Part shown: in pieces, positions 50,191-61,744 of the stretch | Layout of the letters: each line of letters begins with the position of its first letter | How positions within the stretch are numbered: the stretch's first letter is position 1 | Source of the DNA: Carcharhinus amblyrhynchos | Lineage: Eukaryota | Length of the DNA: 64,000 nucleotides | Direction of reading: 5' to 3' | Assembly (NCBI GenBank): GCA_965287045.1 | Contig: OZ336886.1 | Span: 45,818,001 to 45,882,000 of the forward strand | Position numbers and translations under genes: made by a program | The notes under the pieces: model-generated | Seen by the model: the letters and a program-made list of their open reading frames with translations, nothing else | What the model was told of the DNA's origin: nothing | Database searches by the model: none

Positions 50191-50209
50191 CGCTCGCAGC
50201 TTCCTCCAT
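50191..50209 (-). CDS. Candidate ATG-containing exon (MEEAAS + 1 nt) of an unidentified host gene
   Basis: GAGACC-ATG-G Kozak context followed 19 nt later by the donor GCG|gtaagg; lies in a repeat-free promoter-like block. Confidence 0.5.
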
Positions 50210-50730
50210 GGTCTCTGACTGAGCATCCACCAAATAGCAGGAGAGAGAGAGAGAGAAAAATAAACCACGCAAAAATAAATGAACAAAATTTTAAAAAAAG
50301 ATTCCCCCTGCTTTCTGCTGCCTGCCGTCCTTTTATCCAGCGGAGTAAATCTCAGCAGCAGTGTCTGTAATCTCCCTCAGTCCTTCACACGCCTCTGGCA
50401 GGCTGCAAGTGAACGTCACCTCCCCTCTCCCCAGCCCAGAGGTGCAGAGCCACCGAAGCTGTCAGTACACTGCCCGCCTCCCCACACTGTGCCCAGCCCA
50501 CTTCCCAGCTCCTCTCTCTCCTCCCAGCCACTGCACTTCAAGGAGATGGATAGGGTGCTTTAAAGCTTGACATCTTCCCCCTTGGTGTTGCCCTCAAGCC
50601 TCTAAGAGAGGGAGGAGTTTACTCAATTTTTTTCTCTCTTAACCCTCCTCATCCCTCTCAAAGGAACTCTGTCTACACTTCCCGCTGCCTCCAGCAAAGC
50701 AGCCGATATAATCGAACGCGCCCCGGACAT
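50210..50730 (-). promoter_or_regulatory. Candidate promoter / 5' UTR
   Basis: GC-richer unique sequence, GC box GGGAGGCGGG, TGACGT half-CRE, (CT)n tract before the ATG. Confidence 0.4.
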
Positions 50731-50733
50731 ATT

Positions 50734-50845
50734 GGGCGGGATTTTCAGGCCTCGCTCGCCCGGAAACTCCTGCCCGAGGTCAATGGATCTTTCCATAGTC
50801 TGCCCCTTGCCCCCTCTGATTCCCGTGGCAGGCGGAAATTCGCCC
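50734..50845. mobile_element. Short MITE
   Basis: Terminal inverted repeats GGGCGGGATTTTC..GAAATTCGCCC. Confidence 0.6.
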
Positions 50846-51123
50846 TACTCTCTTCCACCTTCTGCCGTCGGGAAAAAGATACTAAAGTCTGAGGTCACGT
50901 ACCAACCGACTCAAGAACAGCTTCTTCCCTGCTGCCATCAGACCTTTGAATGGACCTACCTTATACTAAATTGATCTTTCTCTATACCCTAGCTATGACT
51001 GTAACAGTACATTTTGCGCCCTCTCCTTTCCTTCTCTCTGAACAGTATGCTGTATAGCGTGCAAGAAACAATACTTTTCACTGTATGCTAATACATGTGA
51101 CAATAATAAATCAAATAAATCAA
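50846..51123 (+). mobile_element. Rex1/Babar-type LINE 3' end
   Basis: CGACTCAAGAACAGCTTCTTCCCTGCTG; colinear with 44432-44733. Confidence 0.82.
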
Positions 51124-51973
51124 GTCTAAGTGACTGTGAAATGTTCCACTGATCAGAGTATCTTCGGACTGACCACCTTCCAGGATGTGCTAGGATGCAG
51201 CAACACTTAAGAAGTCCAACCTTTAAGGAGCAAGTCATGGCCTTTGGAGCTCAATGTGCATTAGACCCACCACCAGCGCACTCTAGCTCCAAAATGGACT
51301 GCAGCAACTCAACAAACTCCCCCCTAACCCCTAACCCCTAACCCCCACCCCCACTAACTGAGCAGAACAAATGCAGCTAAAAGCTGCCAATGTTTCAGGT
51401 GTAGGCCCCTCCTCTGTTTTGATTGGTATGCATCCCACACACTCCCTGTCTCTCTGAAGCCCTCCTGAATATGTTGAGCAAGAAAACACATTTTTCTTTA
51501 AGTTGCCTAAATGACATTAAGAGCGGCAGCATTGTCTTTTGACAATCATAAATTACTTATATTGCACCTTTAACATAATAAATTTCAGTAACATTTACAA
51601 GAATTCAGTATTGAGATCACACTCCGAGCTGCTTTGCATATTTTGCACCAAATATAAAAGGTCTTGGCACAGGGAGTGCTGTTGAATGGGAATCTAAATG
51701 TCCCAACACAGCAAAAAAAGGGGGTTTTACTTTGTTAAGAATGGGATGACGAATGGAGCTGACACAGAGTTATATAATGTAGGAAATAAGAGTGCACCGA
51801 GTTCAGCACAGTTGTTCCCAGGCAGCGTTGCAATGAGTTCAGATACTAGCCTGCTGGGTCATACAGAATACATGAGCGTACAATTCAGTGGGCATGTCTA
51901 TCTCCTCATGATGTACCAACTTGCATCTAGTCCCCACTGAGGGGAGAAGCAGGGGGAGTCTATGTTTTCTGAT

Positions 51974-52281
51974 AGCACCAGGTTAAAGTTCAACAGGTTT
52001 ATTTGGAATCATGAGCTTTCTGAGCGCTGCTCCTTCATCAGGTGAGTGGAGGTAGGTTCACAAACACGGCATGTATAGACAAAGACACAATTGCAAGATA
52101 GTTCTGTAATTATCTTGCAATTGTGTCTTTGCCTATATATGTCATGTCTATGAACCTACCTCCACTCGAAGAGGCAGTGTTCCCAAAGCTTGTGATTCCA
52201 AATAAACCTGTTGGACTTTTGTCTAGTGTTGTGAGACTTCTTATTGTGCCTTTTCCAGTCCAACACTGGCATCTCCACATT
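51974..52281. mobile_element. Fold-back Penelope-derived element with hammerhead motif
   Basis: About 125-bp inverted arms around a 10-nt loop (52101-52110); CTGATGA..GAAA on the minus strand at 52017-52041. Confidence 0.75.
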
Positions 52282-52577
52282 AAGTTTCCTGATGACCTTC
52301 ATAGAATACATTACAATCTTGATATTGCTCTCAATTCGCTGACCCTGCTGTAGAGAACTTGCCAGAGAGAAGGCAGAAATGAAATAGCAGCTGCCCTTAA
52401 AGACTATCTACCTACTTACTCAATTAAATGGGATGTAGCCACTTAAAAAGGTACACCACCTTATAGTCTTTGCAAGGACTGTTAATATTTTAATGCATGA
52501 GAAGGTCTGTTGGAATTACAAAATCCTGACAGATCTCTAATGCCAGAAACGGGAGGCAGGAAACAGGGAGCATGGCT

Positions 52578-53145
52578 AAACATAGAAAACAGGATCGGGA
52601 ATACGCCATTCAACTCTTTGATGTGACCATGGCTGATCCTCTATCTAAGTGCCACACTTCTGCTCTCTCCTCATTGCCCATGATACTTAATTGTCTAGAC
52701 GTTTAGTGACTTGGCCTCCACAGCCTTTTGTGGTGGAGAATTCCATTAATTTATCACCCTATATGTGAAGAAATTTCTCCTCACCTCAGGCCTAATGGCC
52801 CACCGCGTATCCCGAGACCACTCCTAACGTTTGATTTAGAACCCTTCCAGCCCAGGGTACATCATCCTTTTATCCAGTCTATCCAGCCCTCTCAGATTTA
52901 TATATATTTCAGTGAAATCCCTTCTCGTTCTTCTAAACTCTAGTAAACTCAGGCCGAATCATCCCAACCTCTCCTCATCCTGCCATTCCAGAGATCAGTC
53001 TGGCAACCTTCACTATGTTCCCTCCAGGGCGACTATATATTTTCTCAGGTAAAGAGACCAAAACTGTTCACAGCGCTCTGAATGTGGTCTCACCAAGGCC
53101 CTGTACAGCTGCAGAAAGACATTCTTGCTCCTGTATTCGAGTCCT
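52578..53145 (-). mobile_element. Old CR1 fragment
   Basis: KGLEYRSKNVFLQLYRALVRPH..QFWSLYLRK. Confidence 0.85.
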
Positions 53146-53171
53146 TTCGCCCGCCCATCAGAGAAAATTAC

Positions 53172-53271
53172 CTTGGAAAGAAAAAGCCTCATCTGGATTT
53201 GGGGCAGTGCAGAGGAAGCTTTAGTTTGACGACTAGTTTTGCTGGCAGTGCTTGTTGCAGACATTGGGCAC
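53172..53271 (-). other. Candidate 100-nt exon
   Basis: Acceptor tttcctcttgatttcag|G and donor AAG|gtaatt. Confidence 0.28.
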
Positions 53272-53450
53272 CTGAAATCAAGAGGAAATATCTATTCATT
53301 CCTTACCTCCAAACGTAAACAAACAAAATCATGGAATACCAAAGGACCTGGTTGGGCTCAAAAACATTTTCCTCATCCTTAAATTCTCTCAACTGTTTTA
53401 TTTCTCTTTCCGTTCTCTTCCCTGTCACACCAGCCCCAGTGAGTATCTAT

Positions 53451-53740
53451 AGGGTGGCACGGTGGCACAGTGCTGCCTCACAGTGCCATGGACCCAGGTT
53501 CAATTCCAGCCTCGGGTCATTATGTGTGTGGAGTTTGCATGTTCTCCCCGTGTCTGCGTGGGTTTCCTCCAGATGTTCCGGTTTCGTCCCACATTCTAAA
53601 GATGTGCGGGTTAGGTGGATTAGCCAAGGTAAATGTGTGGGATAGGGCCGGGGAGAGGGACTGGATAAGATACCCTGTCAGAGAGTCAGTGTAGACTCAA
53701 TGGGTCAAATGGCCTCTTTGCGTTTTGAGGAACTATGATC
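53451..53740 (+). mobile_element. HE1 V-SINE
   Basis: Head, V-domain and tail. Confidence 0.87.
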
Positions 53741-54004
53741 AACCCACAGAGAGAATAATGGTAACCATTTAAGAAAAAAAAATACGTTTGAACAGATATA
53801 GCGAAATTATTTTTAAGCATAGAATCAAGTTGCTTTGTGGTAATCCAGTCAAGTATGACCGTGCTATTTCCAAAGAACAGTCACAGGACTTATTGCTGCC
53901 TTCTGATCTGTGCAAGTGGGGCCCCAGTTTCCCATATTCCAAAGTAAAACAGATAATCCAGTGTTACAGGACATCCAAAGGCACTCATCTGATTTATTCC
54001 TTCT

Positions 54005-54315
54005 TATAGAGTCATAGAGGTTTACAGCATGGAAACAGGCCCTTCGGTCCAACTTGTCCATGCTGTCCCTTTTTTTAACCCCTAACCTAGTCCCAATTGC
54101 CTGTGTTTGGCCCATATCCCTCTATACCCATCTTACCCAAGTAACCGTCTAAATGCTTTTTAAAAGACAAAATTGTACCCGCTTCTACTACCACCTCTGG
54201 CAGCTTGTTCCAGACACTCACCACCCTCTGTGTTAAAAAACTGCCCCTCTGGATCCTTTGTATCCCTCCCCTCTCACCATAAACCTATGCCCTCTAGTTT
54301 TAGGTTCCCCTACCT
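54005..54315 (-). mobile_element. CR1 3' end
   Basis: Reverse complement of the 34670-34935 subfamily. Confidence 0.87.
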
Positions 54316-54544
54316 TTTCCTGTCTTTACCTGTGTTCCTTGTTGCAGTTTGCCATTAAGTAAATTGCAGTGGGAAAACTCCTCCAACCCCTCCCTCACTC
54401 AATGGCACAAACCTCACATGGATATCTTAGCACCAACTTGTTCCCCAGTCTTATGTCCAACCCCAGCACTTTCACGGTTAGGGCATTTTGGAGCTGAGAG
54501 ATTGTGTGTCGACAAGGCACCTGTATATGGGGCCCGTGATCAGT

Positions 54545-54878
54545 CAAAGTTAAAATTTATTTATTAGTCACAAGTAAGGCTTACATTAACATTGCAATGA
54601 AGTTACTGTGAAATTCCCCTAGTCTCCATGCTCCAGCGCCTATTTGGGTCAATGCACCTAAACAGCACGTTTCTCAGAATATGGGAGGAAACCAGAGCAC
54701 TCGGAGGAAACCCACGCAGACACAGGGAGAATGTGCAAACTCCACAGAGACCAAGCCAAGAATTGAACCCAAATTCCTGGCACTGTGAAGTCATGATGTG
54801 GAGATGCCGGCGTTGGACTGGGGTAAGCACAGTAAGTTCAGTGCTGTGAAGCAGCAGTGTTAACCACTGTGTCACCCC
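54545..54878 (-). mobile_element. V-SINE type B with a 50-bp Penelope-tail insertion (54791-54840)
   Basis: Insert matches the reverse complement of 52240-52281; TSD GCACTGTGAAG/GTGCTGTGAAG. Confidence 0.87.
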
Positions 54879-55499
54879 AAGGATAACAGTAAAAATGTGA
54901 ACGCTCGGTATCATGCTGTAGCCAAAGGAGAGCTCATTGCTCAGAGGCAGCATTGGGTGAGGGGCAGAGCCGCAGAGACCTCAAAAGTTGCCGCTGGGAG
55001 GCAGGAGAAAAGAAAACAGCCACCGCTCACGGAGACAAAAGGCAAGGTCCTTACCCCCTGAGCTAAGCACCAAAACAGGGATTGGAATTAAACAGCGGAT
55101 TTGAGCCCAAGTGCTGAAGAATTTCTTTACACCACCCCCCACTATCACCACCACAATTGTACTTTCAATGGGGAGGGAAAAAATCCCTAAGCAAATGGTT
55201 TCAAGTAACCATTCCTGACAGAGAGAAAGAAGAAAAACTCTCGCTCACGCACACACACACACATTTCATACATAATCCCTCCAAAAAATGTGCAAATTGA
55301 TGAGCTTTGTAGTGGAATCCAGCTGCTTAGCACCGAACCCTCGCAGCTGCAGAGAGTCACATCCCGTACAGCAGGGGCAATTATACTCTCCTTTCCTCAA
55401 CAACAGTGTTGTTGATCTGGAGAAGCCAGTGGGAAAGAGGAGCGGGAGACAAATGTACAAATTGCACGGCGGTTAATCAAAACAACATTTCTTCCCTTT

Positions 55500-55755
55500 C
55501 CTGGAGAAAACGGCCGTAAATCACTCAGCGGGTCAGGCAGCATCTGTAGAAAGCGAAACACAGCTAACGCAGGTCACCGACCTTCCCTCAGAACTGGAAT
55601 AAGGACAGAGATGTAAAGGTTCTGAGCGCCTCCCCCCTCCCCCCTCCCCATCTCTCCTTCCATTTGTCTCTCATAAACCGTTTAATTTTTGTTTTGCATT
55701 TTGTCCACTTCTGGTCACTGAGCCAGAACATCTGTTTCTCTCTCCACACGAGTTC
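55500..55755. mobile_element. Penelope-like terminal repeat remnants
   Basis: CTCAGCGGGTCAGGCAGCATCTGT and an inverted TGTTTCTCTCTCCACA. Confidence 0.5.
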
Positions 55756-56045
55756 CCAGGCCTCGGGCTGTGTGAGCCAGGCTGCGCTTTCTGAGGGTGA
55801 TGAGAATCTGGAACTCTCTGCCCGACAGAGTGACAGAGGCAGGAACCCTCACAACATTCTGGTGAGCACTTGAAACGCCATAGCACACAAGGCCACAGAG
55901 CAAGCGCTGAGAAATGGGAATAGAATAGATAGATGCTTGATGACTGGCCTCTTTCTGTCCTGTAAAGTTCTATCATCCAAAACTAGAATTAAAAATCAGA
56001 CCCGCAATGTCCGTCCTAATTTCTTTTTCAGTGGCATGGGTTCAG

Positions 56046-56318
56046 AAAGAATCCCTACAGTACAGAAAGAGGCCATTCAGCCCATCAAGTATGTACCAAC
56101 CACAATCCCACCCAAGCCCTATTCCCATAACAGCACACATTTACCCTACTAATCCCCCACACACTAGTGTCAATTTAGCACGGTCAATCCACCTAAACCA
56201 AAATTCTTTGAATTGTGCGGTGAAATCGACGCAGACATGGGCAATGGCCGAGGCTGGGATTGAACCTGGGTCTCTGGTGCTGTGAAGCAGCAGTGCTAAC
56301 CACTGTGCCACCATGCCG
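56046..56318 (-). mobile_element. HE1 V-SINE (internally deleted)
   Basis: Head and tail. Confidence 0.85.
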
Positions 56319-57296
56319 TCCACGTGGCACAGTGTATTGGTCTGCGTCTTCATAATGGCGGGGGGACTTTCAACATCAACTGCAAACAAGACAGGGTTGC
56401 TTCCACTGAAACTAGTTTAAAATCTGATCCAAACTGCTGCAACCCAATAGTGTAACACAATACTTGCAATTGCAGTTTAACACATGAGCCTAGAACAGAT
56501 TCTCGAACCCTGGACTGAGGTTCAAATCTGCACTTTATTGTGCCAGAAAGTTGAGTCAAGCTGACACTTCATTCCTCCAATAATGACCTTTTGATCTGCC
56601 TTGATTTTCTTTCCACCACTATTGTCAGATCTGCATTCAGCAGCCTGGGACCAAGCCCTGGAATTCCTTCCTGAAAGCTCTCCATATTTATCTCTCCCCT
56701 CCATTTAAGCCATTCCCCAAAAGTTACCTTTTGGACAGAATTGGAGGAATGCAACAGTGGAAAACTGCCAGGTGATGTTATCTTTGTGGAACCCAGTTCC
56801 ATCCACCCATGTAGGGCATCACTGGAAAGGGAAGGAAAGTGTGGACGGTGGCTGATTTACCCCCCCGATTAGACTGGGAGGCTGCAGTGGTGCAAATGGG
56901 ACCGTGGCTGCAATCAGTGAACTCAATGAACTCAACGTACTCAAACTCAAGGACTTTCACAGCTCCATGATTGAGAATAACACAATCTGGGGACTCTTCA
57001 ACCACCAGGAATGCATAGGGGAAGACAAACCTCCCAAATTGCAGCATCTACAGTCTGGTAGAAACATCCTACAGCCACACGGAGTCTTCCCAGCTGCACA
57101 CTGTTTCACAGTCAATGAAATGCAATGATTATTGCAATGTACAGAAATGCAACAGCCAATTTACACACAGTAACATTCTCCCAAACAGCAATGAGATCAT
57201 CTTTTTTTCTCACTGCTATTGGGTGAGGGCTAACCTTCAGCCAGGGCACCTCTGAGGCTCTGCATTAGGCTCATTTACCATGCAACTGCAGATAGA

Positions 57297-57423
57297 GGCT
57301 GGAATTTTACCACCCTGTCTGCTATGGAAATCAAAGCGGGCGAGGGGAGGACCATGGAAACATCCGTTGACTTTGGGCAGGATTTTGCAGTTTCAGGGTG
57401 AGCGCGGCTATAAAATCCCAACC
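57297..57423. mobile_element. Short MITE
   Basis: GGCTGGAATTTT..AAAATCCCAACC, flanked by AGA on both sides. Confidence 0.6.
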
Positions 57424-57625
57424 AGAGTGTCAGCTGAACATCTCAGGGCGTATTTTGATATCAAAAGGGTTATCAGATGGGCAGTGTGGTTATATTACCC
57501 ACCCAATATTCATGACAACAAACCCCAGGCATTTTAATACCAGACTTCTCTTTAATGCGCACAGCATCCTATCAACACCTTGGGGCTTATCATTAACCTG
57601 AAACTGAAATGGATTAGCCATATAA

Positions 57626-57948
57626 GGGCAGCACGGTGGCACAGTGGTTAGCATTGCTGCTTCACAGCGCCAGGGACCCGGGTTCAATTCCAGCCTCGGG
57701 TCACTGTCTGTGTGGAGTTTGCACATTCTCCCCGTGTCTGCGTAGGTTTCCTCTGGGTGTTCCGGATGCCTCCCACGGTCCAAAGATGTGAGAGTTAGGT
57801 TGATTGGCCATGATAAATTGACTGTAGCATCAGGGGATTAGCAGGGTTAATATGTGGGATTACGGGAATAGGGCCTGGGATAGGATTGTGTTCAGTGCAG
57901 ACTCAATGGGCCAAATGGCCTCCTTCTGCACTGTAGGGATTCTATGAT
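57626..57948 (+). mobile_element. HE1 V-SINE, full length
   Basis: Close to consensus from head to GGGATTCTATG. Confidence 0.93.
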
Positions 57949-58040
57949 ATAGTTACTGCGGCAAGAGCAGATCAGAGGATGGGAATCCTGCGGCACGTAA
58001 CTCACCTCCTAACTCCCCAAAGCCTGTCCACAGTATGTAA

Positions 58041-58211
58041 TAAGAAATCTCACAACAACAGGTTGAAATCCAACAAGCTTATTTGGAATCGTGAGCTTTC
58101 AGAGTGCTGCTCCTTCATCAAGGCACTCCAAAAGCTTGTGATTCCAAATAAACCTGGTGTTGTGAGATTTCTTACTGTGCCCATCCCAGTCCATCGCCGG
58201 CATCCCCACAC
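58041..58211. mobile_element. Short fold-back Penelope-derived element
   Basis: TAAGAAATCTCACAACA..TGTTGTGAGATTTCTTA arms; same family as 51974. Confidence 0.72.
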
Positions 58212-58657
58212 TACAATATACAAGGCACAAGTCTGGAGTGTCTTGGAATGCTCTCCTTTTGCCTGGATGAGCGCAGCTGCAATAATACACAAGAAGTTCG
58301 GCACCATCCAGGACAAAACAACCCATTTGATTACTACCCTTCCACAAATATTCAGTCCCTCCATCACCGACAAGCAGTGGCAGCTGTATATCCCATCTAC
58401 AAGATGCACTGCAGGAACTCACCAACACGCCTTAAGCAGCACTTTCCGCTGCCATCTAGAAGGTCAAGGTCAGCAGATACATGAGAACACAGCTACCTGG
58501 AAGTCCTCAACCAAGTCACTCATCATCCTGACTTGGAAATATATTGGCGTTCCTTCGCAGTCACTGGGTCAGAATCCTGGAACTCCTTTCCTAATAGCAC
58601 AGTGAATGTATCTACACCTCAGAGGCTGCAGCATTTCAACAAGGCAGCTCATCGCCT

Positions 58658-58975
58658 ATGGAATCATAGAATCCTACAGTGCAGAAGGAGGCCATTTGGC
58701 CCATCAGGTCTGCACCAACCACAATCCCACCCAGGGCCCTAACCCCATAACCCCTTGCATTTACTCTAGCTAGTCCCTCTGACACTAAGGGGAAATTTAG
58801 CATGGTCAATCCACCTAACCCGCACATCTTTGGAGTGTGGGGGAAACCGGAGCACCTGGAGGAAACCCACGCAGACACGGGGAGTATGTGCAGACTCCAC
58901 ATGGACAGTGACCCGAGGCAGGATTTGAAGCCCTGGTGCTGTGAGGCAGCAGTGCTAACAACTGTGCCATCATGT
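58658..58975 (-). mobile_element. HE1 V-SINE
   Basis: Full length. Confidence 0.92.
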
Positions 58976-60074
58976 AGCCCACCTTCTCCAGAGCAACTCA
59001 GGATGGACAATAAATACTGACCTAACCAGTGACGGTCGCATCTCAAAAATGACTGCTAAAAACAGGCACTGATGCACTCCTATATGACTGCATTTAAATC
59101 AATTGCGGTTAATGCAACTTAATTACATTGGGTCCAGACCCTATAACCTCAAGACCCAGGCTACCAACTGAGACCAGGCACAATCCGAATGGTACACTTT
59201 GAATGCATGAATTTTCAGGTGTGGGGTTTAATGCTGCCTCATAAAACATTTGTCTCCTAAAGGGTATAAACCCAGAACCAAAACCTTGCACATAAACAGG
59301 GCCCCTGCCCTTTTATTATTCAGCTCATACTGTTCATGTGAGAAAGGACACGAGTTAAGATTAGGGACGGTGAATGAATGACACCTCAGTCCCACGGGGC
59401 TTTTGATCTTCCTTGTGGTCAGTGGAGTTCTTCAGTCCAATAAACTGTCTTTCTTTGTCAAGAAAAAAACCATGAGAGCCTTCAACATGAAAGCCAGAGC
59501 TTTCATTTCCTCCTGATTTTCCACATTGATCTATGATGCCTACAATTAATCTTCTTCCTGTCCAATCGCTTGTTAGTTACTTGCTGACATGTCCTCGATT
59601 CTATAGGGTGGTGATAAAATCTGCAGTAAGAGAGCTGCCAGAGCTTCTCATTACCATCCCCTTTTATATTGAAAAAAAGAGCCTCTTGCTTCTAAATCTC
59701 TACATCTCTCTCTTTTCAAAAGGCAATATCCGCCATGGGTGGACTTTTTAATTTTGATTCATTTCCTTTTACTTAGCACCAAGGACCAGGAGGTTATGAA
59801 GGAGGAAAGCAATTTAGGCATATAAAAACATGTTTATTCATCCCACAGAAAACAGGTCAATAGGCCCACATAGTCAATGCTCCAAATGTTCGCCCACCCA
59901 CCCCTCTTTATTCAACCCTCTCAGTGTATCTTTCTGTTCCTTTCTCTCTTATATGTTTATCTTCTATCCACTTGAATGCACCAGATCAGAACATTCACAT
60001 CAAGGTAAGAAAGTCATTTAGTGTTTCTTCAAGATGAGACATTCTAACATGTTGCTCTTCTTGGTTTAAACAAC

Positions 60075-60506
60075 ATCATAGAAACTCTAAAGTGCAGAAG
60101 GAGGCCATTCAGCCCATTGAGTCAGCACCAACAACAATCCTAACCAGGCCCTATTCCCGTAACCCCATGTATTTAGCCACGACAGATCAGCCATGATCTT
60201 ATTGAATGGCGGGGCAGGCTCGAAGGGCTAGATGGCCTACTCCTGCTCCTATTTCTTATGTTCTTATTATGTTCTTATGTACTCTGCTAATCTTCCTGAG
60301 GCCAACAGTCAATTTAGCATGGCCAATCCACCCAATCCACACATATCTGGAGTGTGGGAGGAAACCGGAGCACCCGGAGGAAACCCACCCAGAACATGGA
60401 GAGAACGTGCAGACTTCACACAGACAGTCACCCGAGGCCGGAATTGAACCCGGGTCCCTGGCGCTGTGAAGCAGCAGTGCTAATCATTGTGCCATCATGC
60501 TGCCCA
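60075..60506 (-). mobile_element. HE1 V-SINE containing a young CR1 3' UTR (60175-60280, + strand)
   Basis: Insert nearly identical to 42059-42160. Confidence 0.9.
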
Positions 60507-60715
60507 TATAGGCTGTTTAAAATACGTTTGGTAAACTGATCGCACGATCGTGATTTAGAACACCAATCCCAATTCTTGTGACAAATGCTTCAATTTAATA
60601 ACACTAGTATGGCTGATTCGGGTTGGAGGATTAATTCAGCCCCTTGTTAGGACTTCAGATTGCAGCTCAGGCCGATTCTCCAGCCCAGGACTGAGGAATT
60701 GCTGCACAGATTAAT

Positions 60716-61038
60716 TATAGGATCATAGAATTCTTACCACACAGAAGGAGACCATTCGGCCCATCGAGTCTTTACCGACCACAGTCCCACCCAGGCCCTA
60801 TTCCCGTAACCCCACACATTTACCCTGTGAATCCCCCTGATGCTAGGGTCAATTTAGCACGGCCAATCAACCCAACCCGCACATCTTTGGACTGAGAGAG
60901 GAAACTGGAGCACCCGGAGGAAACTCACGCAGACACGGGAAGAAATTCCACACAGACAGCGACCCGAGGCCGGAATCGAACCTGGGTTCCTGGCGCTATG
61001 AGGCAGCAGTGCTAACCACTGTGTCACCATGCTGCCCC
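60716..61038 (-). mobile_element. HE1 V-SINE
   Basis: Full length. Confidence 0.92.
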
Positions 61039-61744
61039 AATGTCAAAGATTGCGTGGCACCATCTGAAGGGAGGGCGATGGAGTTCTCCCAGGGTCCTGG
61101 CCAACATTCCACCCCAAAATAACACCACCAAAACAAGACGACAATCGGTTATTCGTCTCGTTGCTGTGTGTCAAAACTAGCTGCAAGAAATAGAAGAATT
61201 ACTTTGAGATATTTCCAGAGGCGTACGCAACTTCACAGGAACACAAAGGGTGACTTGGGAGTGCGCCCTTAGGAAAAGTAAAGGAAACAATGTGCTTTGG
61301 ATCAAAGCACCTTTGTGTTTTTGAACAGAATAAGCAGAATTGTGTCCCTAAACGGCTCCAAATACGAAAGTCTCCATAGAATATTAAACATACAGAATTA
61401 TTTCTCTCAGTTTAAAGAGCCTGCACCAACATCGATGGGCTTTTCTCAAAACCAGGCACGGTTGATTGTGAAAATAAGACACGCAAGCGCGTACAGAAAA
61501 GGGAAAATTAGACTATAATCGCAAAATGTTACAAATAAATGACTTTGCAACATAGACAGGGGAAGTGATCAGCCCAGGAAATGTTTTGGCATGAGCATGT
61601 GTATTGCTGCTGGAACAGCCAGCAACCACGCTGGGCCTGAACTGAATAGCAATGTGTCAGGCCAAGGGGGTGACTTCAATGGCATCAAGCCGGGCATCTG
61701 AGTACTTTCCTGGCAGCTTACCAACTCCTTTTCCTGTGGAACCT

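Larger units (their letters stand above)
57950..59045 (+). mobile_element. LINE family B 3' region with nested Penelope hairpin and HE1
   Basis: IYKAQVWSVLECSPFAWMSAA..TIQDK; NIQSLHHRQAVAAVYPIYKMHC; tail GGATGGACAATAAAT. Confidence 0.82.

Noticed and set aside
57626-57700. tRNA-like A/B boxes as tRNA genes (also in all other SINE heads)
   Set aside because: They continue directly into SINE bodies, so they are not standalone tRNAs
57979-58605. 208-aa ORF
   Set aside because: Composite of LINE family B and an inserted Penelope hairpin, with frame changes relative to the LINE protein
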